From Stramenopiles sp. TOSAG23-6 (taxonomy: Eukaryota): a DNA stretch of 20,000 nucleotides. Where the stretch lies: NCBI GenBank assembly GCA_900128565.1, contig LT635915.1, positions 46,804 to 66,803 on the forward strand. Reading direction: 5' to 3'. How positions within the stretch are numbered: the first letter of the stretch is position 1; each line of letters opens with the position of its first letter. A model generated the notes under the pieces. That model had not been told where the DNA came from and did not search any database. It saw only the letters and a program-made list of their open reading frames with translations. The position numbers and the translations under genes are program-made. This document shows positions 10,001 to 18,463 of this stretch, piece by piece.

Positions 10001-10084
10001 AAAAGAGAGATTGTCCCGGAGGACGAAGTATCAAATAGTACAAGTGGAACGAGTATCCAGCAAGCACAAGAAGTAAAAATATAA
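7076..10084 (+). CDS. Long coiled-coil protein with one IQ-like calmodulin-binding motif and a disordered Ser/Arg-rich C-terminus; function unknown
   Basis: Uninterrupted 1002-aa ORF. The N-terminal ~570 aa are E/K/R/L-rich and heptad-like. IQ-like motif AAIRVQAASRSRHARR. Confidence 0.85.
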   Translation: MPQGKPKSVLQVLKDELEAAREKIEDRDRLAQEVLALKVKCANAGELEKAMIAMKREMEEANTRADTIENRMSDVQKEKLNLEEQLKTIDKTLKMKLYAIRRLEKNMSWEKRALESSKNKVREMERKNKMLDASAKLDRELKEKMEADLKDQTGQVTRERALRLLQLHKHERVVRKQQELINTAVGLPEKAKLYEKLVDAMKQEMIIMKQAIKVEQGMNNSLEEELERNTIKIANLESRSKDMERVIRKRARENQEWRDRFDNLRSKFEWMQSKLVSRLRGMNSASEVAEVMAVTAPAIPSMLDSDWGFGDGRNRDRLDALPNYMSNTHSHQQRIRGKPPQEVMSILENELLGHQETLQNLRHELDERIKEHSASELRREALVKQVEVKLLEVNQKKEIRDAANIDLETLVKKLFDVRAEARQRTDLLRRRRVREQEEKDPYAAPRKLKRGYKLPDTHTAAIRVQAASRSRHARRSFVEKMETLQTNLQSEIDEQKRVCAEFPGQIERLEEVLSGMETKLTLQRDATFEIAGKIRELRVKRIPREEKLLEAKAEGLQDAKRQVDQANMNFEFGLADTLTSTIEYGLQGHMGIPNGNLSSIVIPEDTAVSMQSKFTYSAKSAAKVDAAIANLTESIAKERGWNSGGHGAPRYGLKRSLPGKPLAFPALLPPRVRRSLRDHERQVLLDAMVNGEFDEEWDENDEDGDIIDNSMSVYSRNVSRQSSRMTSRMPTSRTSISAETNIHSSMEQNLANDSNEYNFSKQSLSADKAHALLRNILSGPESPWGVDDSFNRSEHKSVTNFSTLPKLGAIKYKRPERENIDDGISVSTKDGSGNISARSGNISARSGNISARSSSVLSIKSGVGFRGRSSNNFSRKASTRKKTPKSLRSVSRKSSTYGSRRSAAKASFGSEGTSANNNFTQSTNRKGSMFLAGQAKSDYMVNADDIQRQLPVDTRGSAKMVVSRIRKSIQEAELSKREIVPEDEVSNSTSGTSIQQAQEVKI
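9567..9633. repeat. 21-bp coding minisatellite, 3 perfect copies (SGNISAR x3)
   Basis: GATCTGGTAATATAAGTGCTA starts at 9567, 9588 and 9609, followed by GATC. Confidence 0.97.
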
Positions 10085-10160
10085 ATATGAAACTTAAGAT
10101 GAAAACAATTTCTCAATGTGTTGTTTATACACCAAAACATAAATAAACATAAATAAATGA

Positions 10161-10184
10161 TCTCTCTCTCTATATATATATATA
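10161..10184. repeat. Compound microsatellite (TC)5(TA)7 in a convergent intergenic region
   Basis: Read directly: tctctctctc tatatatatatata. Confidence 0.9.
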
Positions 10185-10248
10185 CATACCGTTTGTAAGT
10201 ATGTAATTATATATTATACCAAAGCATAGCATTCTAGAACTATTTCAA

Positions 10249-10974
10249 TTATCTTCGTTTTCCTTTTGGACTAACTTTTTTTTTTTTTTCTGGAATCCTT
10301 TTTTCTACAACACGTAAATATTCACTGAATGATAGCTCACCATCACCATCATTCGTCTTTAAATCTTTACCAAATAACTTTTGTAGTTCTGACTCTAGTC
10401 GGTCTTTCCCGTACCTCTGATAAAGCATTGTCATTGTTTCATCTATAGAAACAGCGCCACTATTATCCTTATCATACATCATAAACTGTACCACATTAAA
10501 CAGCTGGAAAGGTTCCAAGCCTGTCGTATCGGACATATTCCGTTCAAACATTAACTGGAATTCTTCCCAATCAACACAACCATCCAAGTTTTCATCAACC
10601 TCCCAAATCATTTCCTCAATTTCCTGTCGCTTCTTTGTGACACCTAAGGTTTTCAGTGCTTCGTTTATGTCTGAGACTTTCACTTTAGCGTCACTTGAAG
10701 CTATAATTTTTTCTATACCACTCTTTATTGTTGCTACTTCATATTGCAGTTGATCATATTTTGAATCTAGATCAGCATCACTCATTTCCTTTCCATTATC
10801 GTCATGGATCTTCAATACATTTGGACGTTTCCGATAGCTCTGTATTTTTTCAAGCCACTGCAATTTTGGTTTCAACTCGACGTGTTTTCTTTCCTTTTCT
10901 GCAAAGTTGCATAAACGAGTAAAAACTCGTTCCAATTCTTTCTGCTCATTTGTCCATCCCGATTTATTGGACAT
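10249..10974 (-). CDS. ODA14: EF-hand protein homologous to outer dynein arm docking complex subunit DC3 (Chlamydomonas ODA14-like), 241 aa
   Basis: The first in-frame ATG is at 10974; the track start at 11088 is a TTG. EIEEMIWEVDENLDGCVDWEEFQLMF..D.TGLEPFQLFNVVQFMMYDKDNSGAVSIDETMTMLYQRYG..LESELQKLFG matches the DC3 signature as I recall it. Confidence 0.82.
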   Translation of the reverse strand: MSNKSGWTNEQKELERVFTRLCNFAEKERKHVELKPKLQWLEKIQSYRKRPNVLKIHDDNGKEMSDADLDSKYDQLQYEVATIKSGIEKIIASSDAKVKVSDINEALKTLGVTKKRQEIEEMIWEVDENLDGCVDWEEFQLMFERNMSDTTGLEPFQLFNVVQFMMYDKDNSGAVSIDETMTMLYQRYGKDRLESELQKLFGKDLKTNDGDGELSFSEYLRVVEKRIPEKKKKVSPKGKRR

Positions 10975-11058
10975 TATTGTCTTTTTATACCCAAAAATAC
11001 AATCACTATAAACCTTCTTGAAGCAAAATAAGGCTATTGGATACTTTGAAAGTTGTAA

Positions 11059-11075
11059 CGTCGTCGTCGTCGTCG
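11059..11075. repeat. (CGT)5 trinucleotide microsatellite in the divergent promoter region
   Basis: cgtcgtcgtcgtcgtcg is a CpG-rich patch in an AT-rich background. Confidence 0.85.
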
Positions 11076-11093
11076 ACGAACGGGTCAAAAACT

Positions 11094-11108
11094 GTCATTT
11101 TCAGATTT
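11094..11108 (+). promoter_or_regulatory. Candidate INR/FPR-like core promoter element (GTCATTTTCAGATTT)
   Basis: Exact fit to TCATTYBNNNWTTY. Lies 225 nt upstream of the Rab8 ATG. Confidence 0.45.
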
Positions 11109-11318
11109 TTCGGAATTCGTGTTATTTTTTCTTGGCAATTGTCATTCTACGGACTACGGTGTTCATTGCACAGCAATATAACAAACTTGAAAACTTCACA
11201 GAAGAAGAGTTATTCGGCATTAGTATTTCATCTTTAAGAGGAACATTTATTGAAATTATCGGTTGAATATCAGAAGCATTCCACTATATTTGAGTAGAGA
11301 AATCTGGTATATCCCACA

Positions 11319-12070
11319 ATGGATGACCTTGATGATTATGACGTACAGGTAATTAGTTTTTCTTCAATAATTCTTTTGCATATATTTTCTCCGCGTTTGA
11401 GCCTAACAGAATCATCTATATTCCGTTAATTACATTTCATTTTCTTATTTTACTTCCCTTACAACCTATTTTTACAATTTAGGTGAAACTGCTAATGATT
11501 GGTGACTCAGGAGTCGGAAAGACGTGTTTGCTTCTACGATATGCACAGGATGCATTCTCAAAAACATTTATTACTACGATAGGCATCGACTTTAAGAACA
11601 AACTACTGGACTATAAGGGCAAAAAAGTACGCTTACAGATATGGGATACGGCAGGACAGGAACGATTTCGGACAATAACTACTTCATATTTTCGGGGTGC
11701 TCAGGGAATTCTTTTGGTCTATGATATAACTGATCCAAACAGTTTCACAAATATCCATACTTGGGTATCTCAGATTGACCAGCACGCAGATAAGAGTGTG
11801 ACAAAAGTTTTGATTGGAAATAAATGTGATGTTGCCAGCCAAAGGCGAGTAAGTATTGAGGAAGGTGAGAAAATTGCGAAGAAGTATGGCATGGCGTTTT
11901 TTGAAACCAGTGCGAAAGATAATATCAATGTAACAGAAGCATTTATGCAAGTTGCTCACACAACAGTTGATAGAATCTTAGAAGGTGGAATTGTAGAAAG
12001 GAGACAAACACGCCATACACAATTTTCACCTGGTACAACATCGGGAACTAAAAAATGTGCTTGTGGCTAA
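11319..12070 (+). CDS. RAB8: Rab8/RabE-family small GTPase; exons 11319-11348 and 11483-12070 (205 aa)
   Basis: Splicing gives [24 protein letters not shown]. Other motifs: [42 protein letters not shown], and a C-terminal prenylation signal KKCACG. Confidence 0.93.
11349..11482 (+). other. Spliceosomal intron in Rab8 (134 nt, phase 0)
   Basis: Donor CAG|GTAATT, pyrimidine-rich body, acceptor TTTAG|GTG. Splicing restores the conserved YD..KLL motif. Confidence 0.93.
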
Positions 12071-12259
12071 ATTGTATAAATTGTCTGCTTCAGATTTAGA
12101 GATATACTATAATATTTCCCCAGAAATGATTTGTCTTGCCCCCATATAAAATATGCGCACTAAATCTTTCTTCGCGGGATGCATTGTTTACTTTTACATG
12201 AAATATGTATTTATTGTATAGCAAATTTATTCGTTACATATTTTGGTTCAAAGCAATAA

Positions 12260-14335
12260 TTATTTAATGTTCCCTTTTGGGCCTTTGCAAGAAAAAATAA
12301 AAATATTTTGTAAACGTAAGCGGCTTTTTGTGTTTTTTTCCCGTAACCATTGTGTTTTCATTGCCAGTGGAGCTGGTAAAATAGATGCCACCCAGAATGA
12401 GAATAAATGTATACATATATCATTACGTATTCCATAAAAATTATCTTCATTGAAGGATTCATCAGTAAAATTCGAAATACATGAATGAATACTTGATAGC
12501 TTTTCAAGTCCTTCAGGAAGATGTGACACTGAAGATAGTAACCACTTTGGAGAGGTATTATCTATGTCACATAGTCTACTATAGATATTATATATGTCTC
12601 TAGATTCTTCAGCAGACAAACTCGTTTTTGATTCATCTATTGCATTCTTCTCAGTATAAAAAGTAGGTTCTCTAATAGTGACTTGTGCAGATTTAGCTCC
12701 AAATGACATTGGTTTATACCATTCACGATGAATATCAAATATAGATAAACCTCGTACAAGTATACGACACTGACCATCAGTACGAATATCTTCAATACTT
12801 ATTACTTCAACCATTGTGCCTACACCAGTGTCATCGTTATATGTACACAAATCATTCAATTCTGAAATACTATTTTTGTCGAGGATTTCATCATTTCTAG
12901 TTTCCTCTGTAATTTCAAGTTCAACACCCAAAGCAACTCCATTTTCTATACAATCACGGGCAATGATTCTATCACTATGAGAGACTATATCAATATAATG
13001 ACACAAACCAGGATAAATAACAGACGTACTATACATTGAGCTTGTAGCTTGTACTTTTAGTAAATTAATAGTTAAATCCTGACATAATGGAGAGTCCAAT
13101 TTTTGGTTATTAGTTTCGTCATTGTCCTCCAGGTATGTAAATCTCTCATATATGTTATCATCACTATCTTCTCTTTCAAAATCATAATCCTCTTCAGATG
13201 CCCACAACTCTTCAAGTTTCTTATCATAATCAATTTCATCTTCATCATGATCATCCATTGAATTGTGCTCCTGTATATCGTTGAAGTTTTTTTCAACTGT
13301 ATTATCAAAATCTAATCGGTCTAAAGCAGATAATATATCTTGAGATGGAACGTGAGGTGTATTAGCTACATACTTTGTACTATTGTAATTATTTTGAGAT
13401 CTAGATATCGTTTCAGATGTACTACTATGTGAATTTATTTGAAACATGAGTGCAGCAATGTCTTCGTATATGTGAAGTTTATTCCACTCCACATCACCAT
13501 AAATTGATTGTACTAATTCAGTTAAAAAACCCGCTGTTGGACTAGGTAAAGCAATTCCGACAGCTCCTTCTTTACAAACATGTTCACCAATGAAAACATT
13601 ACCACCATATGAAACATCAAATTTATCACTGTTAATCGACTGGGACACCCCACAAACTGTAGCAGAATATGGATACATCGTTGATATTTGATCAATCAGT
13701 TTGTCATAGCAGAAGGAATTTGTACCAAAAAATAAAAAATGTGGACTACATATTTTGTCAAAAGATGTGGAAATATTTGACACTATTTCTGAAGGTAAAA
13801 TAATTTCCCCTTCCGTTGTTAGTGGTATTAAACTATTCTCTTGAACATCCTTGATGCATAAAGGTTCGTTAGTTTGATCTTTAGTCTCTATTTTTGCTGC
13901 AGTGATTTGAACAAATCTTGTCGCTGCTGGACCTTCAGTAAGAGACTGTGTGTCAGTTCCAACAGCAAGCCAACCCTTTTTAGTTAATCGCCGACTAACT
14001 AATCCCAAAGCATTTGGAAAATTTGTATGAACAACACATAATGATGGTTCGACATGGAAAAAACTATCAACATGGTTGATGCAATCATCAAGTGCGGCTT
14101 CTACGCTTGGATAGTGACTACGTGTTGTGAAGCATGTTGCTTCTGGCGTAGATGTTTTATTGACCATATTACGCATAGTAGATGACACTTGAGGATTTAC
14201 GCTACCTCTATTTACCATATTTGCTGACGAATTTGATGTATGCTGTGCTATTGTGTTTTTCTTGGATTTTGGAGCGTTCTTTAGCGTCTCAAGAAGATTT
14301 CCTTTCAACAGACGTGCTGTCTTTCTGCGAGCCAT
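12260..14335 (-). CDS. Multidomain protein: FIST_N-like domain, acidic linker, LON substrate-binding (LON20/cereblon-N-like) domain
   Basis: LON-like: VIYPG, GVGTMVEVISIEDIRTDGQCRILVRGLSIFDI, FSFWVASILP...KTQWLREKNTKSRLR. FIST-like: EAALDDC..PSLCVVH, LIDQISTMYPYSATVCGVS, VFIGEHVCKEGAVGIAL. Confidence 0.72.
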   Translation of the reverse strand: MARRKTARLLKGNLLETLKNAPKSKKNTIAQHTSNSSANMVNRGSVNPQVSSTMRNMVNKTSTPEATCFTTRSHYPSVEAALDDCINHVDSFFHVEPSLCVVHTNFPNALGLVSRRLTKKGWLAVGTDTQSLTEGPAATRFVQITAAKIETKDQTNEPLCIKDVQENSLIPLTTEGEIILPSEIVSNISTSFDKICSPHFLFFGTNSFCYDKLIDQISTMYPYSATVCGVSQSINSDKFDVSYGGNVFIGEHVCKEGAVGIALPSPTAGFLTELVQSIYGDVEWNKLHIYEDIAALMFQINSHSSTSETISRSQNNYNSTKYVANTPHVPSQDILSALDRLDFDNTVEKNFNDIQEHNSMDDHDEDEIDYDKKLEELWASEEDYDFEREDSDDNIYERFTYLEDNDETNNQKLDSPLCQDLTINLLKVQATSSMYSTSVIYPGLCHYIDIVSHSDRIIARDCIENGVALGVELEITEETRNDEILDKNSISELNDLCTYNDDTGVGTMVEVISIEDIRTDGQCRILVRGLSIFDIHREWYKPMSFGAKSAQVTIREPTFYTEKNAIDESKTSLSAEESRDIYNIYSRLCDIDNTSPKWLLSSVSHLPEGLEKLSSIHSCISNFTDESFNEDNFYGIRNDICIHLFSFWVASILPAPLAMKTQWLREKNTKSRLRLQNIFIFSCKGPKGNIK

Positions 14336-14698
14336 TATCTCTAATCTTTCCCAAAGTAAAGAAGAGACTGATTATTATGTAAATATACTATACTACTTGA
14401 GTAAAATGTGTATGCAATGAATGAATTCTTTAGTTTACTCAATAAGAACTATTGTTCTAAAACCGTGTAAAGTACCTCCAGGTACAGCTCATATAGGTAC
14501 TGTATATGTAACTCTTATTGGAATTACCAATTGAATTTTTTTAGGCACTAGGCCTATACTAGAATATGCGCTGAATCGAAAAATTCAAAAGGAAATTAGC
14601 TATTTCCGAAATTCCGATTTGCCACTTTTTGATGTTATATTTCTTGTACCTTTGATTGGATGTTGTTATTGATATTGACTTTTAGTATCACATACAAC

Positions 14699-15686
14699 AT
14701 GCAGGCTGCTAACGATGAACCGTTTTGGGTGAAGTTTTTTGCAGGTGCAATGGCAGGATCAATAGGTGAGGTCTTTACAATGCCTTGTGAAGTAATGAAA
14801 ACAAGAATGCAACTTGCCCAAGGTTCAATGTGTGCTCGTGGGCGTAACTTACAGGTAATAACAGGCATCGTACAAAGTGAAGGACCTTTAGCGTTATGGA
14901 AAGGAGTATCACCGGGAGTTGCACGGCAGGTCATTTACTGCGGAGGGAAATTGAATATCTATGAACCAGTTCGTGACTTTTACGCGACTTTATTTGGAAA
15001 TAACTCCCTCTTTGGTAGTCTTTTGGCTGGTGGAACAGCTGGAGGACTCTCTAATCTTTGTTCAAATCCTGCTGATCTATTGAAAGTTCGATTCCAGGGT
15101 GATATTACCGGGAAATTGAGTGAAAGAGGTCTCATAGCATGCTGGAGAAATTGCATTGTTAACGATGGCGTTTTGTCTCTGTGGCGGGGTTGTTCTCCAA
15201 CAGGTATGTTTTATTTTTTATTTCATGTACTATTTCGTTTTTATCGTCAAGTAATATTTAATCATAAGTTAATGAGTATCCTTCTTGATATATTTCGATA
15301 CAATAGTTTTACGTGCATTTTTCATCAACTCCGTGGAACTTGGTGGCTACGATTTGAGTAAAAAGTGGTTATTATCATATTTTCCAGGTAGTGACGATAA
15401 TATTTGGCTACACTTCTCGAGTGGTGCTATATCAGGAGTCTTGGCAGCATTTATTTCGCTACCCTTTGATGTTATTAAATCACGAATGATGATAAGCGGA
15501 TCACAATTCACATCTATTGGCGACTGTGTTCGTGTCACAGTTAAGCATGAAGGTTTCGGTGCATTTTTTAAAGGGTTTGTACCAGTGGCTAGTCGTATTG
15601 TTCCTTTCAATATAGTTCAATTTATAGTATTTGAGAGAGTACGAGCATTTCTTTCAAAGGATGTAAATAATTTGTACTCAATTTAA
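14699..15686 (+). CDS. Mitochondrial carrier (SLC25), UCP/oxoglutarate/dicarboxylate-carrier subfamily; exons 14699-15203 and 15307-15686 (294 aa)
   Basis: Three Px[DE]xxK motifs (PCEVMKTRMQ, PADLLKVRFQ, PFDVIKSRMM), plus RQVIY. The spliced junction reads PTVLRAFFINSVELGGYD. There is an alternative in-frame ATG at 14660. The model joins two ORF-track fragments. Confidence 0.93.
15204..15306 (+). other. Spliceosomal intron in the mitochondrial carrier (103 nt, phase 1)
   Basis: Donor CAG|GTATGT and acceptor CAATAG|TT. Splicing reconciles the frame change between track ORFs 14660..15361 and 15285..15686. Confidence 0.92.
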
Positions 15687-15730
15687 AAAACGTTATAATT
15701 TTATATTATTAAATAAATAGTACTTTTAAA

Positions 15731-18082
15731 TCAAACTAAATGATCCGCAGTTTCCGCACTCTCTTTGGTCTCCTTATACTTATTCGGAACGTTACCAGTA
15801 TTCATTTCATGAGCTTCCTTCAATTGTTTCTCTTCGTACCAAGTAAGTAAATCCGAGTTAGTCGTTGTTTTGGCTTCGGGCGGCAGACGGAGAATATTCG
15901 CCTCTTCTGGTTTACTTTTCCATTTTCCAGGGAATAAGAAACCTTGTTGATTTGGTGCATATATTTCACCTTTCTCTACGTAGTTGTCTCGAGCTTCTTT
16001 TGCTTCTCTTTCTCCAAGCGAAGGGTTTCTAGTATATTTTGATACANCACATAGTTTTTTTTCATCATCATATATACAAGCACCTACAATAGCAAGACAT
16101 ACAACGTCACTAAGCAAATCTCTATCTTCAACGGTGGTACATATTTCAGCTCCAGAGCATGTGTTTTCTAAATAGTCGTACACGCATCCTCCAGCAGCAT
16201 TTTCACATGCTTCAGCTGTATCAAGATTTTTGACAGTATCACATACAGATCCTCCAGCCCATATAATTCCAGGGGTATCATGAAGTTTTGATCCTACTAT
16301 AACACATTTATTTGTACCTTTATCAAATATACACATTTCTTCAATATCACATAAAGTATCAGTTTCAATTGTAGAGCATATTTTCTTTTCCTTTTCAGTT
16401 TTTTCTTTTTGTCCTTTCTTTGATTTTTCCATTTCTTCATTTTTAGCATCTTCTAGAGCTACTTCAGTATTATTTTCTGCGATAGCTTCATATGCATCTA
16501 CACATTCCACTGTTACCTCAGGTGATGCTATACCAAGAAATAGTGCATTTAATAACATTTTATTGTTCTCATTTACACAGACAAACATCTCTGTGATTTG
16601 CATACTACCATTACTCATTGCACCAGCATTTGTTGGATTACCATTTGAGTCCACCCGTGCAGAATTGTTTGTTGCACCTTGATCTTCAAATCCAGTGCCA
16701 TGGTTCGTATCCATATCCCACATAGGTTTACCTTTATCCAGACTAGGATCCATTAAGTGCTCATTCTTTACAGTATGTGGAAGGTCTGACAAATTTATTT
16801 CTGCCGATGTTTCCAAATAGACAGTCTTTGCATTAAAACGCTTCATATAAGGATCATTTTGTATATTTTGCACCATTGTCGACATTTTATTTTGTCGCTC
16901 CCATTCTTCAGCTAATCCATCTAAACCTAATAAATCTTTCTCCGTGTTTGGATGTTGCTGTACCCAAATATTTTTGAGTTCCTCTTTACTTTGAAAACGA
17001 AATGAATCTTTTGGTTCAGGCGGGATGCATCCTTTTTTTCCAGAGTTGTCATCTGAATATATTTCTGTACATTTTAACACAATACAATCCCATTTACTCT
17101 TTGGAGTTTTAAATTTCTTATTACATGCTGCTCTCTGTTCTTTGGCAGTTTTAGATCTTTGATTATCTCTTTTCAACAACGCTTCATCTTTTTTAGTTTG
17201 TTCATTTCTTCGTTTTTGTTCAGCTTCAGAGTTTCGTGCATCCTCAAATTCAGCTTGTTCTCTTTGAGCCTTTGACATTATTTTTATAGGGTTTGCTTCA
17301 GCGTCATCCGAAAGTCCATCCTTGACATCAACTACGCTTCGATTAGGTTCTCTCGGATTGCGTGCCTGTGCGACATCTTTTGCAGTCTGTAGGTTTGGTG
17401 AACCATTTTCACCAGGAATATGCGCTTGTGCTAGACATTTATCCCTTTCGGTTTTGTTAGATAATTTAAGACATTCTCGCTCTGCTGAATCTGATTTTAG
17501 TCGTTCAGGATTATCACTTTCTGTACCATAGAACGGATCACCTGTACCACCATTTGCACCTCTAATTAAACGACCTTCAGCCTCACGTTTTGAGCGCTGT
17601 AACTCGGATTTAATCACTTCACGACGACCAAAAAGTTGTGCTTCTTTCATTGCGTATGCCATATGATCCGTTAGAGCAGCAGCAGTAGCATCCATATCCA
17701 TTGTCATGGTGCAAATTTGACAGAATTTTGCTTTAACGCGTACTCCTCTGTGAGGTAACATTGGAATAGCCGCATATTCCATACCTAAACCCGACTGTGC
17801 ACGATGTTTCGAACGTCTGTTTTCGATTTCTTCACCAAGTTGTATGAAAGATGCCATAGAATCTGCTACTCCTTTTGCCGCCTGATTCCGAGATTTTGGA
17901 TTAACTTCAATCCGAGGAAGATTACTTGTATCGTCCATTTTATGCGTAGTACGACTATCCAAACGCAATGTATCAAATTGATTTGGACTTTCTTCAGTCC
18001 AATTTTCGAAATAGTACACAGGGGTGGATAGATGAAGACATAATAGTGTCACTACAAAAAAAAACATTTGCTCTGAAGGCAT
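15731..18082 (-). CDS. Probable secreted protein of unknown function with three C-terminal 4-Cys repeats
   Basis: ORF of about 780 aa. The first ATG is at 18082 (alternative 18067), followed by hydrophobic FFFVVTLLCLHLSTP. Cys repeats lie at about 16049-16380. One ambiguous base at 16047. Confidence 0.75.
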   Translation of the reverse strand: MPSEQMFFFVVTLLCLHLSTPVYYFENWTEESPNQFDTLRLDSRTTHKMDDTSNLPRIEVNPKSRNQAAKGVADSMASFIQLGEEIENRRSKHRAQSGLGMEYAAIPMLPHRGVRVKAKFCQICTMTMDMDATAAALTDHMAYAMKEAQLFGRREVIKSELQRSKREAEGRLIRGANGGTGDPFYGTESDNPERLKSDSAERECLKLSNKTERDKCLAQAHIPGENGSPNLQTAKDVAQARNPREPNRSVVDVKDGLSDDAEANPIKIMSKAQREQAEFEDARNSEAEQKRRNEQTKKDEALLKRDNQRSKTAKEQRAACNKKFKTPKSKWDCIVLKCTEIYSDDNSGKKGCIPPEPKDSFRFQSKEELKNIWVQQHPNTEKDLLGLDGLAEEWERQNKMSTMVQNIQNDPYMKRFNAKTVYLETSAEINLSDLPHTVKNEHLMDPSLDKGKPMWDMDTNHGTGFEDQGATNNSARVDSNGNPTNAGAMSNGSMQITEMFVCVNENNKMLLNALFLGIASPEVTVECVDAYEAIAENNTEVALEDAKNEEMEKSKKGQKEKTEKEKKICSTIETDTLCDIEEMCIFDKGTNKCVIVGSKLHDTPGIIWAGGSVCDTVKNLDTAEACENAAGGCVYDYLENTCSGAEICTTVEDRDLLSDVVCLAIVGACIYDDEKKLCXVSKYTRNPSLGEREAKEARDNYVEKGEIYAPNQQGFLFPGKWKSKPEEANILRLPPEAKTTTNSDLLTWYEEKQLKEAHEMNTGNVPNKYKETKESAETADHLV

Positions 18083-18463
18083 ACACAACAAATCTCAGAA
18101 AGTGTAAAAAATATATGGGGCAGTACTCGCCTTAATACAGAACATGCAAGCAGAATGTGTTTGACTTAAAAAAACGCAGCATAATATATATTAGAGAAAA
18201 TATAGAAAATATAGCATAGGAGCGCGAGTCGAATTTTGAATTTGTCAATTTCGAGTGATATTTATTTTTCTTATTTCGTGTTTTTAGGCATAAGATGTGT
18301 TTTATTGTATGATGCTAATTTCAGACGAATCATAATATGATAATATGATGTAATATAATATTGAGAAGTGTTTCATTTTAATGTGTTTCAAAATAAAGTC
18401 AAAGATTACACTTTCAAAAATGAAATATACTGTAAAAATATTAACAATAATGACTACAGTCTG

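Noticed and set aside
10975..11266. TTG-initiated extension of the EF-hand ORF (poly-Thr) and small ORFs 11018..11266 and 11037..11237
   Set aside because: These are translations of promoter DNA and the (CGT)n tract, with non-ATG starts and no recognisable protein features.
14600..14698. Possible 5'-UTR introns suggested by TTGACTTTTAG before the carrier ATG (similar T-rich AG sites near 3372 and 7066)
   Set aside because: No convincing matching donor was found, and T-rich AG sites are common in AT-rich DNA. Transcript data are needed.
14660..15686. Carrier split across two frames, suggesting a frameshift or pseudogene
   Set aside because: Fully explained by the GT-AG intron at 15204-15306.
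18095..18145. Upstream ATG in frame with the secreted protein but interrupted by TGA (MFCIKASTAPYIFYTF*), suggesting selenocysteine or readthrough
   Set aside because: There is no redox-motif context, and only 44 nt of AT-rich downstream spacer with no evident SECIS. The downstream ATG already gives a signal peptide. At most this is a uORF.
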